Program-made: the position numbers and the translations under genes
The notes under the pieces: generated by a model
What the model saw: only the letters and a program-made list of their open reading frames with translations
Database searches by the model: none
What the model was told of the DNA's origin: nothing
Assembly (NCBI RefSeq): GCF_963506605.1
Contig: NC_083284.1
Span: 40,052,001-40,116,000, forward strand
Reading direction: 5' to 3'
DNA from: Zootoca vivipara
Taxonomy: Eukaryota
DNA length: 64,000 nt
Shown: positions 38,207 through 50,800 of the stretch, piece after piece
Numbering within the stretch: the stretch's first letter is position 1
Layout: each line of letters begins with the position of its first letter

Positions 38207-38619
38207 CATAAGTGCCAACTCCTGGATTGAAAAATCCGGGATCGGCGCGGCGCAGCACCGGAAGTCGCACTGCGGCCATTTTGGAACTGGGCAGAGTGGC
38301 ACTGGAAATTGCTTCTACGCATGCTCTGCCCATTTCCAAAATGGCCGCAGTGCCAGAAGTCGCGCTGCGGCCATTTTGGAACTGGGTAGAGAGGCACTGG
38401 AGGTCGCTTCTATGCATGCTCTTGCCATTTCCAAAATGGTTGCTGCGCCAGAAATCGCTTCTGTGCATGTCCAGAGACTCCAGACATGTGCAGAAGGAGC
38501 CTCCCCGGGCCGGTAAGACTCCGGGAGATTTACGGGGTTTTTAAAAATCCGGACTGCCAGCGGGAAACGGCTGGAAAAACAGGGGTTTCCCGAGGAATAC
38601 GGGAGACTTGGCAGCTATG
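38207..38619. mobile_element. hAT MITE (CATAGCTGCCAAG-type TIR) with GC-rich palindromic interior
   Basis: TIR CATAAGTGCCAAC / CTTGGCAGCTATG. Perfect TSD ctccccat. Confidence 0.88.
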
Positions 38620-38790
38620 CTCCCCATATAGATCACAATGAAAGTTGTTACTTCCAATCTCTTGCACTAATTTACTACAGAATCTTCTCCCAAGTATGAA
38701 TAGTGGCAACGCTAAGAACCCAGAGAACATTACAGCAGTCCAAATGCGTGTATGTTTGAAGCAACTTTAATCTCTCTCTTTCTCCTGTAG

Positions 38791-38959
38791 ACAAAAATTG
38801 GATCTGGAAAGCTTATGGGACCAAAAGGCGTTTCTGTGGATCGCAATGGGCACATCATTGTGGTGGACAACAAAGCATGTTGTGTGTTTATCTTCCAGCC
38901 AAATGGGAAAATAGTAACCAGATTTGGAAGCCGAGGCAATGGAGATAAGCAGTTTGCAG
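38791..38959 (+). CDS. TRIM2: TRIM2 coding exon 8 (NHL repeat)
   Basis: tgtag|[56 protein letters not shown](G)|gtatca. 169 nt. Confidence 0.97.
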
Positions 38960-38999
38960 GTATCAGTTGTTGTCCAATATGCATTTTCTTTTATTCAGA

Positions 39000-39037
<38 letters not shown>

Positions 39038-39212
39038 TTGAACATGCTGAAAAAGCATCACTCTAACTTCACCACAGTAAGCAAGACAGAGTAAGTAGAC
39101 TGTAGTCCATTAGTACTGTCACACGTCCATAATTTCCTGGACATCGCCAAAACTTTGACAGCTTTGCCAAAAAACGCTCAACAACTTTTTGAAATATGGT
39201 AACCCTATAGTC

Positions 39213-39347
39213 CAGGCATCCCCAAACTGCGGCCCTCCAGATGTTTTGGCCTACAACTCCCATGATCCCTAGCTAACGGACCAGTGGTCAGGGATGATGG
39301 GGATCGTAGTACAAAACATCTGGAAGGCCGAAGTTTGGGGATGCCTG
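39213..39347. mobile_element. Palindromic hAT-type MITE family 2
   Basis: Same family. TSD ctatagtc / ctctagtc. Older decayed relatives near 7840, 8350, 24520, 27020, 28370, 35490, 50740, 58700 and 62770. Confidence 0.85.
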
Positions 39348-40491
39348 CTCTAGTCCATGAACAATTACTGTATGTCATAATAAACACACACAGCTTTATT
39401 GTGGTCCATAGACCCCAAACACACAGTGCAAAAATAGTACATAAATTTGTTTGTCATGAGACTCTGTTGTATTTGCTTTTCTAAATAGGAGACATACAAT
39501 TGTTTTTTCTTTTTTAAAAAAGGTACTACAGGGGCTCAGTAAACACATGGGTTGAATGCATACCATACAGTTAAAGGACATTATTTTGCTTAAATAATCA
39601 TGGGAACTGCAGTTTATTAAGGATGCTGGGAATTGTAACTATATGAGGGGTAAACTGCTTTCCCCAGTCTTGGGAACTGTAATTCTCACCCCCCCCCCAT
39701 TTTATTAATCTGGATTTTCAAGATAGCCTGCAAAGGAGAACCATAAAACAAATATAAAACAGATCAAAAACATCAGTAACTAAAACAATTATAATAGCAA
39801 CAGTAAAAATTCAAAAAGTAGTAGATATAAAATCAGTGAAAACCCTGAAATGTGGGTGTAATTTTCACTCTAGTTGTTCCTTAGGCCTTTGGGGTGAGGG
39901 GAAGTTGCTTTCAGGAGCAACAAAACTCCTCTGGTCTGACTCCTGTGGTTTGCTGATCAAGTCATGTTTTAAGACAGAGGGAGACAATGTGATCTCCACA
40001 TCTGGCTGGACCCCAATTCCCATCAGCCCCAGTCAGCGTGACCAAGAACAAGAAGCATGCTCACTTGCAGATGTTAAACAAATTTTAAGTAATCTATTGT
40101 TCAACTTGGAAGTTGTACTAAACATTTAGTGGTTGGAAACCAGTCAAACTGGTTTTGAAGTTGGCCAGGTAGAAACCTTTTTATTTATTGTTCTCTAGAG
40201 CACTTGTACTCTTGCCCAAGTTCATATTTTTCTTGAGTTCGTAGCTGATTATGTTCTTCTTCAGCCATTAACGTGTGACAGTGAACGCAGCAACATGTAG
40301 AGTTCAAAATGGAACCTTGGAGCACCACCTCGTGCTGCCCTTTCCAGAGTCACTTCCAATCAGGCAGGCTGCTAGCGCATTGGTCAACATCAACCATTTT
40401 GATCAGAACCCGCATGCAAACTGCTACTTCACATGGATTGAAATATTGTTGTCATGACCTGCATTGAACTTCCTTCCTTCCATTATTGCAG

Positions 40492-40562
40492 GGCCTCATT
40501 TTGCAGCTGTCAACCACAATAATGAAATTATTATTACCGATTTCCACAACCACTCAGTCAAG
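40492..40562 (+). CDS. TRIM2: TRIM2 coding exon 9 (NHL repeat)
   Basis: tgcag|(G)[23 protein letters not shown]|gtacga. 71 nt. Confidence 0.96.
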
Positions 40563-41117
40563 GTACGATGCTGTTACTTCTTCATAAAATGTAAAATCCC
40601 ATTGACAATGCATTGAAGCTGTTACTCCAATATGTAGTTAAATTCACAGGTATCGTGCATCAGCCATCAAGAAATAATTGTTTACGTTAGAGGTGGAGAA
40701 ATACTTGGATTAAGTCTCTTGCTTTGCTCTTTTAAAATAAAGCTGTGTATGTTCTTTTAAATTGATTCAAGAAGTATGAAGTTGGATGTCTAGAAAGGAG
40801 CTCTTGGAGTCATTTTACACCATTTTACATCGTTTTGACATGCTAGTTGTCTCCTGGAGAAAGTTACCGGTACTCTTGCGCCAAGTATTCAGGATACTCT
40901 GGGTCACTTAACATAATTGCAAAATTACTACATAGTAGTAAGCCATATGTGCCATTGACTGCATAGGAAGCAACATTATACAAAGCTGGAATGAGGAATT
41001 TGATGGGCCCTGGTCCATCTACTGCAAATCAACCAGAGATCTACCAATAGATCTCAGTCTGCCTTCTGCCCATCCTGCACTCAGTGACCATTGCTACACC
41101 CTACAGAAGCCATACAG

Positions 41118-41804
41118 TAGTGATGGCAAACCTATGGCATGTGTGTCAGATGTGACACGCAGAGCCCTCACTGCTGGCGCGCACCCCATCAGTTCATTTG
41201 CACTGTTGTTGTTGTTGTTCCCCCATTTGTTCTCCCGCTCCTCCTCACACTACAGCTTGTCTCCGCTGTTAAAACCCGGATCCTTTTTGTTGTTGTTGCT
41301 GCTGGTAGCCAGAGATTGGTTTTTTTCTGGCGCTTTGGCAGACAATAATTGGGTGTAACAGCTTTCATTTTTAACCCATTCTGTGCTGGGTTTTTTTGGC
41401 ACTTTGGCAGACTATGTCGGTGCTGCGTGTTAGTTCCAGCGAAGGTATTATTCATCATTTATTTCTGTTCTCTTCCCCCCCCCCAAAAAAAGCAAAGCAA
41501 CTTTTGCACCCGAAGCAACTTTTTGCACCAAAAAACCTCCAAAACTTTGGTCAGCAGCTCCCCCCAAAAAGCTCAACAACTCTGGGCACTTTGTGATAAA
41601 TAAGGGTTTTTTGGTTTGATTTGGTTAAATAATTAGTTTTTGGTTTATTAAATACAGTTATATATTACAATTATACATTTTTGTTATTTAAACTATAAAT
41701 ATCGCGAAATTATGGTTTTTTTCTCGAAGTGAAACACCACCTGAATTATGTTCGGTTTTTTGGCGAATTTTGACACACCAAGCTCAAAAGGTTGCCCATC
41801 ACTG
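41118..41804 (+). mobile_element. Non-autonomous hAT element (hAT1-like termini)
   Basis: Termini TAGTGATGGCAAACCT / AGGTTGCCCATCACTG and subterminal TGACAC motifs. No clean TSD. Confidence 0.8.
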
Positions 41805-42814
41805 CGAGACCTTTCCAAGTGGGTTCTGTGATAAAAGTAATGCGTAGAACAAAGCTAAGAGCAGCAGGAAGGCACAGTCCCACGTGGGTAAGAGAAATGT
41901 GACATGGGCTATTGTAGGGCTTCTTTCAATCTACATACAGCTGAGAAGTGTAACTTTGAATTTTAAATTGAGACTGTTTTTCATAGGCTTCTGGAATTAG
42001 GCAGGAAATAACTGTTGCTGTGGTTTGGATTACAATTAAGGAAGCAAGACCACAGGAGAGACCCTAAATGGATTGTTGGCATAGTTTAGCGGGGGGGGGG
42101 GGCGCTCCTCTTTTGATAAACATATACCCTGAGAAGCAGCAATTGTTCAGCAATGCAGGATTTCCTAATGACAACAGAGGTTTTCAGTTCTATGGCCAGA
42201 CTCTGGCAAACAAGGAAATAAAATATGTTGGAGACAAGATTTCATTGCCAACCTGCTTAATAAAATGGAAGGGAACTCAAAGCCGATCTGGTTTAAGCTC
42301 CTGGTTTCAAAGGTACAGCCGGCACATGGTTTTCAAAATACATTGTGGCCAGGATTGTAGCTAACATCCTCCCTTCTGGCTTCCCCAGCAATACTGGAAT
42401 GGGCAAGGGCAACTTTCCAAACCTCTCTCTGTAATTGTTGTGGCCTTGCAGCTCAGGGAATATTTTCGACACAATGATTTGTAGTATAAATAGACCATGG
42501 CCTTGACCTTCTGCTAACTCCTACGTAAATGTTGCCACATTTTCATTTATGCAGGACAGTCTACAGTGTATCATACCCAAAATACAGGGAAATAGAAGCA
42601 TGCAAATATAATTATATTGAGAAGCATGGATTGTATTATAAAGTTGTCATGAAGCCAAGCTTTCATGCATACTTATTGTTCTGTTATATATATATAAACA
42701 ATTAGCTAACAGAAAGAGTTTAATTTTAAATTGCTAGGAAATCAAATCCTCCCCCACATGGGAGGGAGAATGCACTAGGAAATTGGATTCGGGGCTCTTG
42801 TTTAAAAATGGGCA

Positions 42815-43797
42815 TTGTTGTTGTTTAGTCATTTAGTCGTGTCCGACTCTTCGTGACCCCATGGACCATAGCACGCCAGGCACTCCTGTCTTCCACTGCC
42901 TCCCACAGTTTGGTCAAACTCATGTTCGTAGCTTCGAGAACACTGTCCAACCATCTCATCCTCTGTCGTCCCCTTCTCCTTCTGCCCTCCATCTTTCCCA
43001 GCATCAGGGTCTTTTCCAGGGAGTCTTCTCCTCTCACGAGGTGGCCAAAGTATTGGAGCCTCAGCTTCACGATCTGTCCTTCCAGTGAGCGCTCAGGGCT
43101 AACTTCCTTCAGAATGGATAGGTTTGATCTTCTTGCAGTCCATGGGACTCTCAAGAGTCTCCTCCAGCACCATAATTCAAAAGCATCAATTCTTCAGCAA
43201 TCAGCCTTCTTGATGGTCCAGCTCTCACTTCCATACATCACTACTGGGAAAACCATAGCTTTAACTATACGGACCTTTGTCGGCAAGGTGATGTCTCTGC
43301 TTTTTAAGATGCTGTCTAGGTTTGTCATTGCTTTGCTCCCAAGAAGCAGGCGTCTTTTAATTTCGTGACTGCTGTCACCATCTGCAGTGATCAAGGAGCC
43401 CAGGAAGGTAAAATCTCTCACTGCCTCCATTTCTTCCCCTTCTGTTTGCCAGGAGGTGATGGGACCAGTGGCCATGATCTTGGTTTTTTTGATGTTGAGC
43501 TTCAGACCATATTTTGCGTTCTCCTCTTTCACCCTCATTAAAAGGTTCTTTAATTCCTCCTCACTTTCTGCCATCAAGGTTGTGTCATCTGCATATCTGA
43601 GGTTGTTGATATTTCTTCCGGCAATCTTAATTCCGGTTTGGGATTCATCTAGTCCGGCCTTTCACATGATGAATTCTGCAGGAATAAGCAGGGAGACAAT
43701 ATACAACCTTGTTGTACTCCTTTCCCAATTTTGAACCAATCAGTTGTTCCATATCCAGTTCTAACTGTAGCTTATTGTCCCACATAGAGATTTCTCA
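42815..43797 (-). mobile_element. RTE-BovB LINE, 5'-truncated (~1 kb, RT C-terminus)
   Basis: Minus strand encodes NNLRYADDT, MAESEEELKNLLMRVKEE and RVPWTARRSN...LRLQYFGHLVR...LEKTLMLGKMEGRRRRGRQRMRWLD. (CAA)n tail. Reading frame interrupted. Confidence 0.93.
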
Positions 43798-44134
43798 TGA
43801 CATCAATTCTGTAATACTGGGCATCACACACTTTCAATTTTTGGAATTGAAAAAAAATGTTTGCATGATGGGACTTCTAGTTTCTCTTCCCACCCTCCAG
43901 GCCCCCCAACAAATCTGTTCTGTAGGACACCCAAACCCCCCAGAACAGATGTTGGGAGCATACAGAGGACTGTTGGAAAGAGGAGAATAAGGAGAAACTG
44001 CGCAAATGGGTGTGTAATGCTAACCATGGTTTAGCACTATGGACATGAGTTGGAGTGAGCATGAGTGAGACTTTGGCTTGTATGCCCACCCTCTTCATAT
44101 GCAGCTGGAAGGAGGACTTTGGCAGCATTTAGTG

Positions 44135-44385
44135 CATGAGTAGGCAAACTAAGGCCCGGAGGCCAGATCCAGCCCAATCGCCTTCTAAATCTGGCCTGCT
44201 AACGGTCTGGGAATCAGCGTGTTTTTACATGAGTAGAATGTGTCCTTTTACTTAAAATGCATCTCTGTTTTTTTTTGTGGGGCATAGGAATTTGTTCATT
44301 ATTTTTTTCAAAATATAGTCCGGCCCCCCACAAGGTTTGAGGGACAGTGGACAGGCCCCCTGCTGAAAAAGTTTGCTGACCCCTG
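44135..44385 (-). mobile_element. hAT MITE family 1 (inverted)
   Basis: Reverse complement of family 1. Perfect TSD atttagtg. Confidence 0.9.
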
Positions 44386-44418
44386 ATTTAGTGCAACTTT
44401 CCCTAAATTGGGTTGCCA

Positions 44419-45165
44419 CCCCCAAGCCCTCCTAAGGATGGATCTAAAGCAAGCTAAAGCAACGGTCAGACAATGATTCATTGATATCGAAAGACAACAG
44501 GTCTGCTCAAGATGCCCTGGATACAGAACTGGAGAAATTGAGAGATACATAACTGCCCCGGCACCTTACCTCTCCTTTCTCCTGTCAAAAAACGCAAGAA
44601 GGGCTTTTACACTTGCCAGAAGCACGGCATTGCCCACGCCTGTGCTGGAGGGGCTTTACAAAAAAATCCCATATGCCCAAAGACTCTGCGTATTCCCACT
44701 AGGGGAAATAGGAAGCCCTGAGCACTTGTTCTTCAGATGCCCCCTATATGAAGAAGCTCGAAGGGAGATCCTGGACCCCATACTGGTGAGCTTAGCAAGC
44801 CTCCCGGAAAAGCAATTATACAACCTGCTCTTGCTAGGCAAAGACCTGAAGATAACCAGGGCGGTCGCCAGATTCTGTGCCCAAATATGCAGACTCAGAC
44901 TTTCTTCCCAGCCCGTCTGAATTTTTCCTCAATGGCACCCCGAGCGAGCTAGGCTCAGCTTTCTGCAGCCACTATTTTAAGGGTTAAACTTTTAGCATGG
45001 TTATATAATTAATAATTTACTTTTAAATCTTGTTCAAAGCGTCATATACGTTACGCTCCCGGAAACTGCTCTTTCAAAGGGATCCATTTTCTTTTTCTTT
45101 TTCTTTTATTTTACTTCTAAGAGCTGGTCCTCGACCGTAATAATAAATAAATTAAAATTAAATTA
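44419..45165 (+). mobile_element. 5'-truncated LINE, probably RTE-X clade
   Basis: 14-bp TSD aaattgggttgcca. C-terminal zinc-knuckle remnant RLC...EHLFFRCPLY. 3' ggtc-gacc stem followed by an A-rich tail. Confidence 0.75.
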
Positions 45166-46076
45166 AAATTGGGTTGCCATTGTGTGCAAACCAAAAATAG
45201 TGGTTTATAACTAATTCTGGCCTGTTTCAAAACAAGCCAGTTACAAACTCTGCTCCTTTGAAGCTGGCTTCTTAAATTAACCTGGGTGCTCCTCACCCTC
45301 GATGAATCACCATCTTTGGTTTGCTTGCAATGATAAGATTAGGAGAAAGTGAAAGTCAGTTCTGATGGAAACCCACTCTCCCAGCCACACAAAAGGAGGG
45401 GAGGGGAGAATGCATGAGCTTGAGTCACTATGGCTTATTCCAGCTTGTGTCTGCAATACCAAACAATGGCTTACTGCTACATGTGACCTGGTCCAGAGAT
45501 GTGCAGTGCAATCCTAAATGTGTTTGCAATAGGATACTGTTGCAGAAGAACAAGAAATGGTTATTATTTTTGTGTGAGAATAATTTCTTCTTGCAAGCAA
45601 ATCATGAACTGTAACCAGGGTTTGTTTTTGGCTTACCACACGTGCTTTGTTTGGGAGAGATAAGCAATGAGTCTGGGTTCACACTTAACACGAAGCCACC
45701 ATGGCTTAGCTCCCATTAGCACAGCAACAGTAGACTTAAGACCCTTGTTTGTTCAGCTAAGCCATTGTGTGTCAGCAACTTAGGATGGCTTTAATATTTT
45801 AGGCTTTAAAAAACATCAACTTGCTGGTACCTTCTTGCACAGATTGCTATAATTTTCTTCTGCAGACAGTACTGTCATTTTGGGTTGGTTTAACTATACT
45901 TTTGTCTATGACATAGTTTCTTCCTCTTGCCTCAGAAAGGAAATTTTTGTCTTCCATTAAGTTTTGATTTATACGTCTGAGGATGATAACTATTCAGTTT
46001 TGGCTTTAGGCTCTTAACCTTCACCATCAAGTACTATATAATTTGTGTCTTGATTTTTATTTATTTATTTATTCAG

Positions 46077-46217
46077 GTATTTAACCAGGAAGGTGAATTC
46101 ATGTTGAAATTTGGATCTAATGGAGAAGGGAATGGACAGTTCAACGCTCCAACAGGAGTAGCTGTAGATTCTAATGGAAATATTATTGTAGCAGACTGGG
46201 GGAACAGTCGAATACAG
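46077..46217 (+). CDS. TRIM2: TRIM2 coding exon 10 (NHL repeat)
   Basis: ttcag|[47 protein letters not shown]|gtgaac. 141 nt. Confidence 0.97.
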
Positions 46218-46831
46218 GTGAACAAGTGATTTTTTAAGTCAGTTGGTTCAGTATGATGTATGTTGTTTGGATGGGGATGTTTCCTCATCTTCGGGTCCAA
46301 GCATCCCATCTCCAAAATGTTCAACTACAACACAGTCTCTTGCATATTTAAAAATGAAATAAGAGTCCCATTGACTTTCCAACTTGGTCTTACTCTGAGA
46401 TAAGCATTGTGCCTTATTGTGCTTGGGAGAGAAAATATCAATGAGTAATGGAGTAGCTGTGTAGTTAAGGGAAGGGGAACTTGTGTCTCTTCAGCAGGTA
46501 AGAAGCCTATGTCAGGATTAAAGGTGTGCCCATGTTAGGATCTAAACACATCCTTCTGAGAGGAATGGAAACCTTTTGTTTGAGGGGCAAACCCCAATGC
46601 ATTGTCCAAATGCATGATTATATTACCCTTTATTTCCCCTTGTACCCAATAAAAGGATTCACACACAAGATCTGAATTAAAGAGTGATTTACTACATGGA
46701 AAAATAAAACAGAAAACATAAGGGGAATGCCAGCCTGTATGTTAGGAAAGAATTCTAAAATAAACCTCTAAGTCTTAACAAGCATAACCTGAGTCCAGGT
46801 TCTTATTACTAAGAACCCCAAGCCTCTAAAC

Positions 46832-47125
46832 CAGGGGCGGAGCAAGCGGGGGGCGGTGGTCCGCCCTGGTTATTGCCCTGGAGGGTGTGTCACTCGGGGC
46901 CGCACCTTCGCTCCTCGCCTCTGCATGGCAGCCTCTAGAAAAAAAGAAGAAAAAGCTGCAGGTGTGCCGGCCCCGCAATTGGCGCCTGAGCCTGGACACT
47001 CCGTTTAGAAGTCACGGGGGGGGGAGATCCCCCTCTACCTAGCACCAATGTAGAGGGGATCACACACCCCTGCGACTTCAAAACGGAGCCTAAACGGAGC
47101 GCCCAGGCTCCAGGCTCTGTCTCTG
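46832..47125. mobile_element. GC-rich MITE-like element with internal inverted repeat
   Basis: CAGGGGCGGAGC / decayed GCTCTGTCTCTG termini. Internal fold-back at ~46999-47088. No TSD recognised. Confidence 0.5.
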
Positions 47126-47330
47126 ATGCCCACCAGTCTGGTGGCTCTTAAAGGCAGGTCTGAGAGTTTTCTATGGGTGCTGACAGCCGTTCAGGTAACC
47201 TGTTCCCAAAATGTTTGGGGCTATGAAGAGCAATGCTAGTGCTTTAAATTGAGCCTGAAAATGATTAGAAAGTATTGGTGTTTCTATGCTCTGAGCCTAG
47301 GTCCCAGCAAGCATCCTTGCAGCTGCATTC

Positions 47331-47369
<39 letters not shown>

Positions 47370-47668
47370 GTAGTAGTAGTAGTAGTAGTATTTCCCATCC
47401 ATCTGGCTGGGTTTCCCCAGCCACTCTGAGTGCCTGTGAACTATCTTTCAATACAGCCTCTTGCACATTAAATTATGTCAGTCTAGTCTGGGTGTGACCG
47501 TGGCAGGCTTTCAGCAGATAGGTTCGTAGCTGGTGACTTTGCCACCTTAGATAATTCTATTTACTTCATGTGAATCTGTGCGGCTGCCTGCATTTATGCA
47601 TATTAGCTTCTAGGTGTCCACAGTTCACAGTCTTTGGCTGACACATGCTCTCTTTGACTTTTTCACAG

Positions 47669-47821
47669 GTTTTTGATGGGAGTGGATCCTTTTTATCCTA
47701 TATTAACACATCCGCCGATCCACTTTATGGTCCCCAAGGTTTGGCCCTTACTTCAGATGGCCATGTTGTAGTTGCAGACTCTGGCAATCACTGCTTCAAA
47801 GTCTATCGGTACTTACAGTAA
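47669..47821 (+). CDS. TRIM2: TRIM2 last coding exon (NHL repeat and stop)
   Basis: cacag|[50 protein letters not shown] (TAA 47819-47821). The 11 exons sum to 2235 nt = 744 aa plus stop. Confidence 0.97.
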   Translation, partial: VFDGSGSFLSYINTSADPLYGPQGLALTSDGHVVVADSGNHCFKVYRYLQ

Positions 47822-50800
47822 CAGCTGCGGCGGCTCATGCTCAAGAAGTTACTAGCCTCTGAGGGCCAACGTAGATCTTTTTTGTGTGTAGGATGTCTAC
47901 TTCTTAAATATTTCAATTTTAATACTGAAGGAGTCTCCAGTTTTTGTTTTTGTTTTAATTTCCAAACCTACCTTGTTTACATAGGACTTGCACCTCATAC
48001 GTTACGCACTGAACTGATTATAAGGATTAATAAAAAAGACCCTCTTCCCTCCCCACCGAATTAAGAGACAATGGGATACTAGACATGTGAACTGCGGCTT
48101 GTAGATCAGGCGTTCATGTAATTGATTGGGGGGGGGTTCTGAAGGAGGGGAAAGAATTTTAAAAGCAACATGATCTAAAGCGTTTATTTAACATGTGAAT
48201 GGGAGCACTTGTTTAAAGCTTCCAAAATTTGAAAATTGTTACTGTAGAGCATTATTTAACCCAGCAGGAAGTCTGGGAGTCTTCTAGATCGCATAGCCCT
48301 AGTAAGTATTACACTTGTAACATTCTTCAGTCTTAGTAACTGTAATGAGTAGTTTCTTTTAGTAAAGAGATATGGTTAGCCCTTCCTGTCAGACCTAACA
48401 CAGCTTAACTTCTAGCACTACAAAAATCAATGCAAACTTCTTGCCCCATGTGGGATTGATGTACATGTTTATCAATTTTCCTACTGCTCAGTGTGTGTTG
48501 TAGGGATTTTTCCGGAAACCTGAAACTTCTAAAAAGCTATGGAAATATATTCCAATAGGGATAGCTTATTTCTGGCACTTCATAAAATCAGTTTCCTATT
48601 AGCGCTGTACTGATACATTAGGAAGTTAATTGCCATTATGTCAACCTCGCTTAGCTTCGCACCTGACACCCGTGTTTCAGACATGTTCTTGCTATGGTTT
48701 ATGAAAGTGATCTGCTTTGTTCCAATTGCCCATTTTCACATAGGATAATAAGCCACACATGTACCACATCTGAGGGCCTGCCTTGTGCAACCAAAGGAAG
48801 TTTGGTGGTTGACAGTTTTTTTTGTTTGTTTGTTTCATTTTGGGTAAAACCAAGGGTTACCAAAGCAGATGTGCATTTGTTTGAATTCCAGAAAGACTGA
48901 GCATCAGAATTAATTGAACAAGTCTTGGAATATCCTTATGAGTGCGAGAGTGTTTTACAGAGGGATTTCAAAAACTGTTCATGACTTCCTCCATCATATG
49001 CGCCTGTAGTGTGGGGAACAAAAGAACAAGGAGCATAAATGTAGGGTGATAACAAACAGGAATGCGCATAACCCTGGGTATGACAGAATGTTCTGAAAGG
49101 GTCTATTTCCCTCTCTTCCCCTTCCCACATACAAGTCTTGCAACTTATAATTATCAGATTCACCTCAGTGCTTGCAATGTGTTTCCTCCTTTTGCTTAAG
49201 TTATTTCCATCAAATACACTTTTGCCTACGTTGTTCCATCAAGTGAGAAGAAAAATACATTTGATAGCAGTGTGGGGTCACGAATTGCCTCCGGCCTTAC
49301 AAAAGAAGATTCCTGATGGTGTGGTTCGTGAATCCCAAATTTTGCATTTTTCTTCTTGATCTTTAGTTTGACCTGTCAGGGTGGAATCTTAATATCAGCC
49401 AGCCTGAACTTTTGGGGTGGGTAGAGCCTTAAAACATTTAAATAATGAGTACAGTACAATGAGAAGACTTGCAAAAACAAAGATTATTACCTACTTTGCC
49501 CACAATACAGTAGCTAAAAAGTTGGTTGTTTTAAACTAAGGAATAGATAAGCACTGTTTAAAGGCTTTTACTCCTTCTCACTGTTATAAAATAAACATCT
49601 TAAATGAGTAATGTTAAGAATCTAAATTTATGGTTCCTGGATTAATATTTTTGAGTGTCTGCAAAGGCAATAGACAGACACTGCATGGTGTTATTCTCGG
49701 ACACTGAACCATCTTGAAATCTATTTAAATTCTTTGTGAAAAGGGATATCCTATTTACGATTTTATATGTATTCATTAAGCCATGCAAGCAAAAATAAAA
49801 CAAAAAAACCTTAAGCTATCTCATAATTGTTATTGAACTTTTAATATAAAGGAACTCACAAACTGTTAAGTATGTTATTACTATAGACGTAGTTCACGAC
49901 ATGTTTTCAAACCAATCTGGCTTAAAATTTTAGATGCTTATGCTTTTATAAACATGTTCTTGTGACAAAAGGAAATATTCACTTGAATGTTACTGTTCTT
50001 AGTTCGGCAATTTCTTAAACTGGATTAGGAGCACAACTGTCCATCATGCTACCGTCTCACTTCTAGTGAAGATCTGTGCTCGCATCTCAATGGAATTTTT
50101 GTAGGAGCCCTTCCCAGTGAATTGTATTAGGGAAGCATCCAAACTTAAATTGTTATAAATTCACACTTGGAGACCATTTCATGCATGCGGACATTGTCCT
50201 TCAAATGCTTTCCTAAAGTAATTGTTTCTTAATCCTAGTAAATAATACCCTAGTAACGTTGTATGTACTATCAACTCAGATTTTAATTATTGCTTATTTC
50301 CTTTACAACATAGCTAACACGTGTTAAGGGTAATGTGGCCTTTCCCTCAATATCTAACTTTTTAATTTTATTTTAAAGATCCTGGTTCTTCCTTGATGAA
50401 TTGTTAAGATTTATAATCTGTTGGTGATGCACACTATTTACAAACTGGTGCTAGTCTGGAGCATTGTTGAATTTCATATTTTTGCCAGATGATATTTTGA
50501 ACGCTTAGCAACATCAGCTAGCTGAGCGAGGGGCAAAATGAGCGCTTGAAAATTAGCTAGCAATAATCAAAAATGTTTCTTGCTCACCAATTTCCAGTTG
50601 TTCGCAATTGTTGCCCTTTACCTGGTTAGCTGATCGAGGAAATGAAAAAATAACCATTGTATAAATGTAACTTCTTTTTTTTAAAGTCATTTTTGGGGGG
50701 CCGGGCAAACATTTGCCAGAATTACAGAGTTTGCAAAGGCCTGTGGCTCTGCTGATATTGTTGGACTCTTAACTTCAATCCACCCCATGGGCCAGTGATG

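Noticed and set aside
42853-43368. 171-aa plus-strand ORF
   Set aside because: Antisense frame of the BovB RT region.
26374-47821. TRIM3 rather than TRIM2
   Set aside because: The MASE N-terminus, 744-aa length and adjacency to MND1 fit TRIM2.
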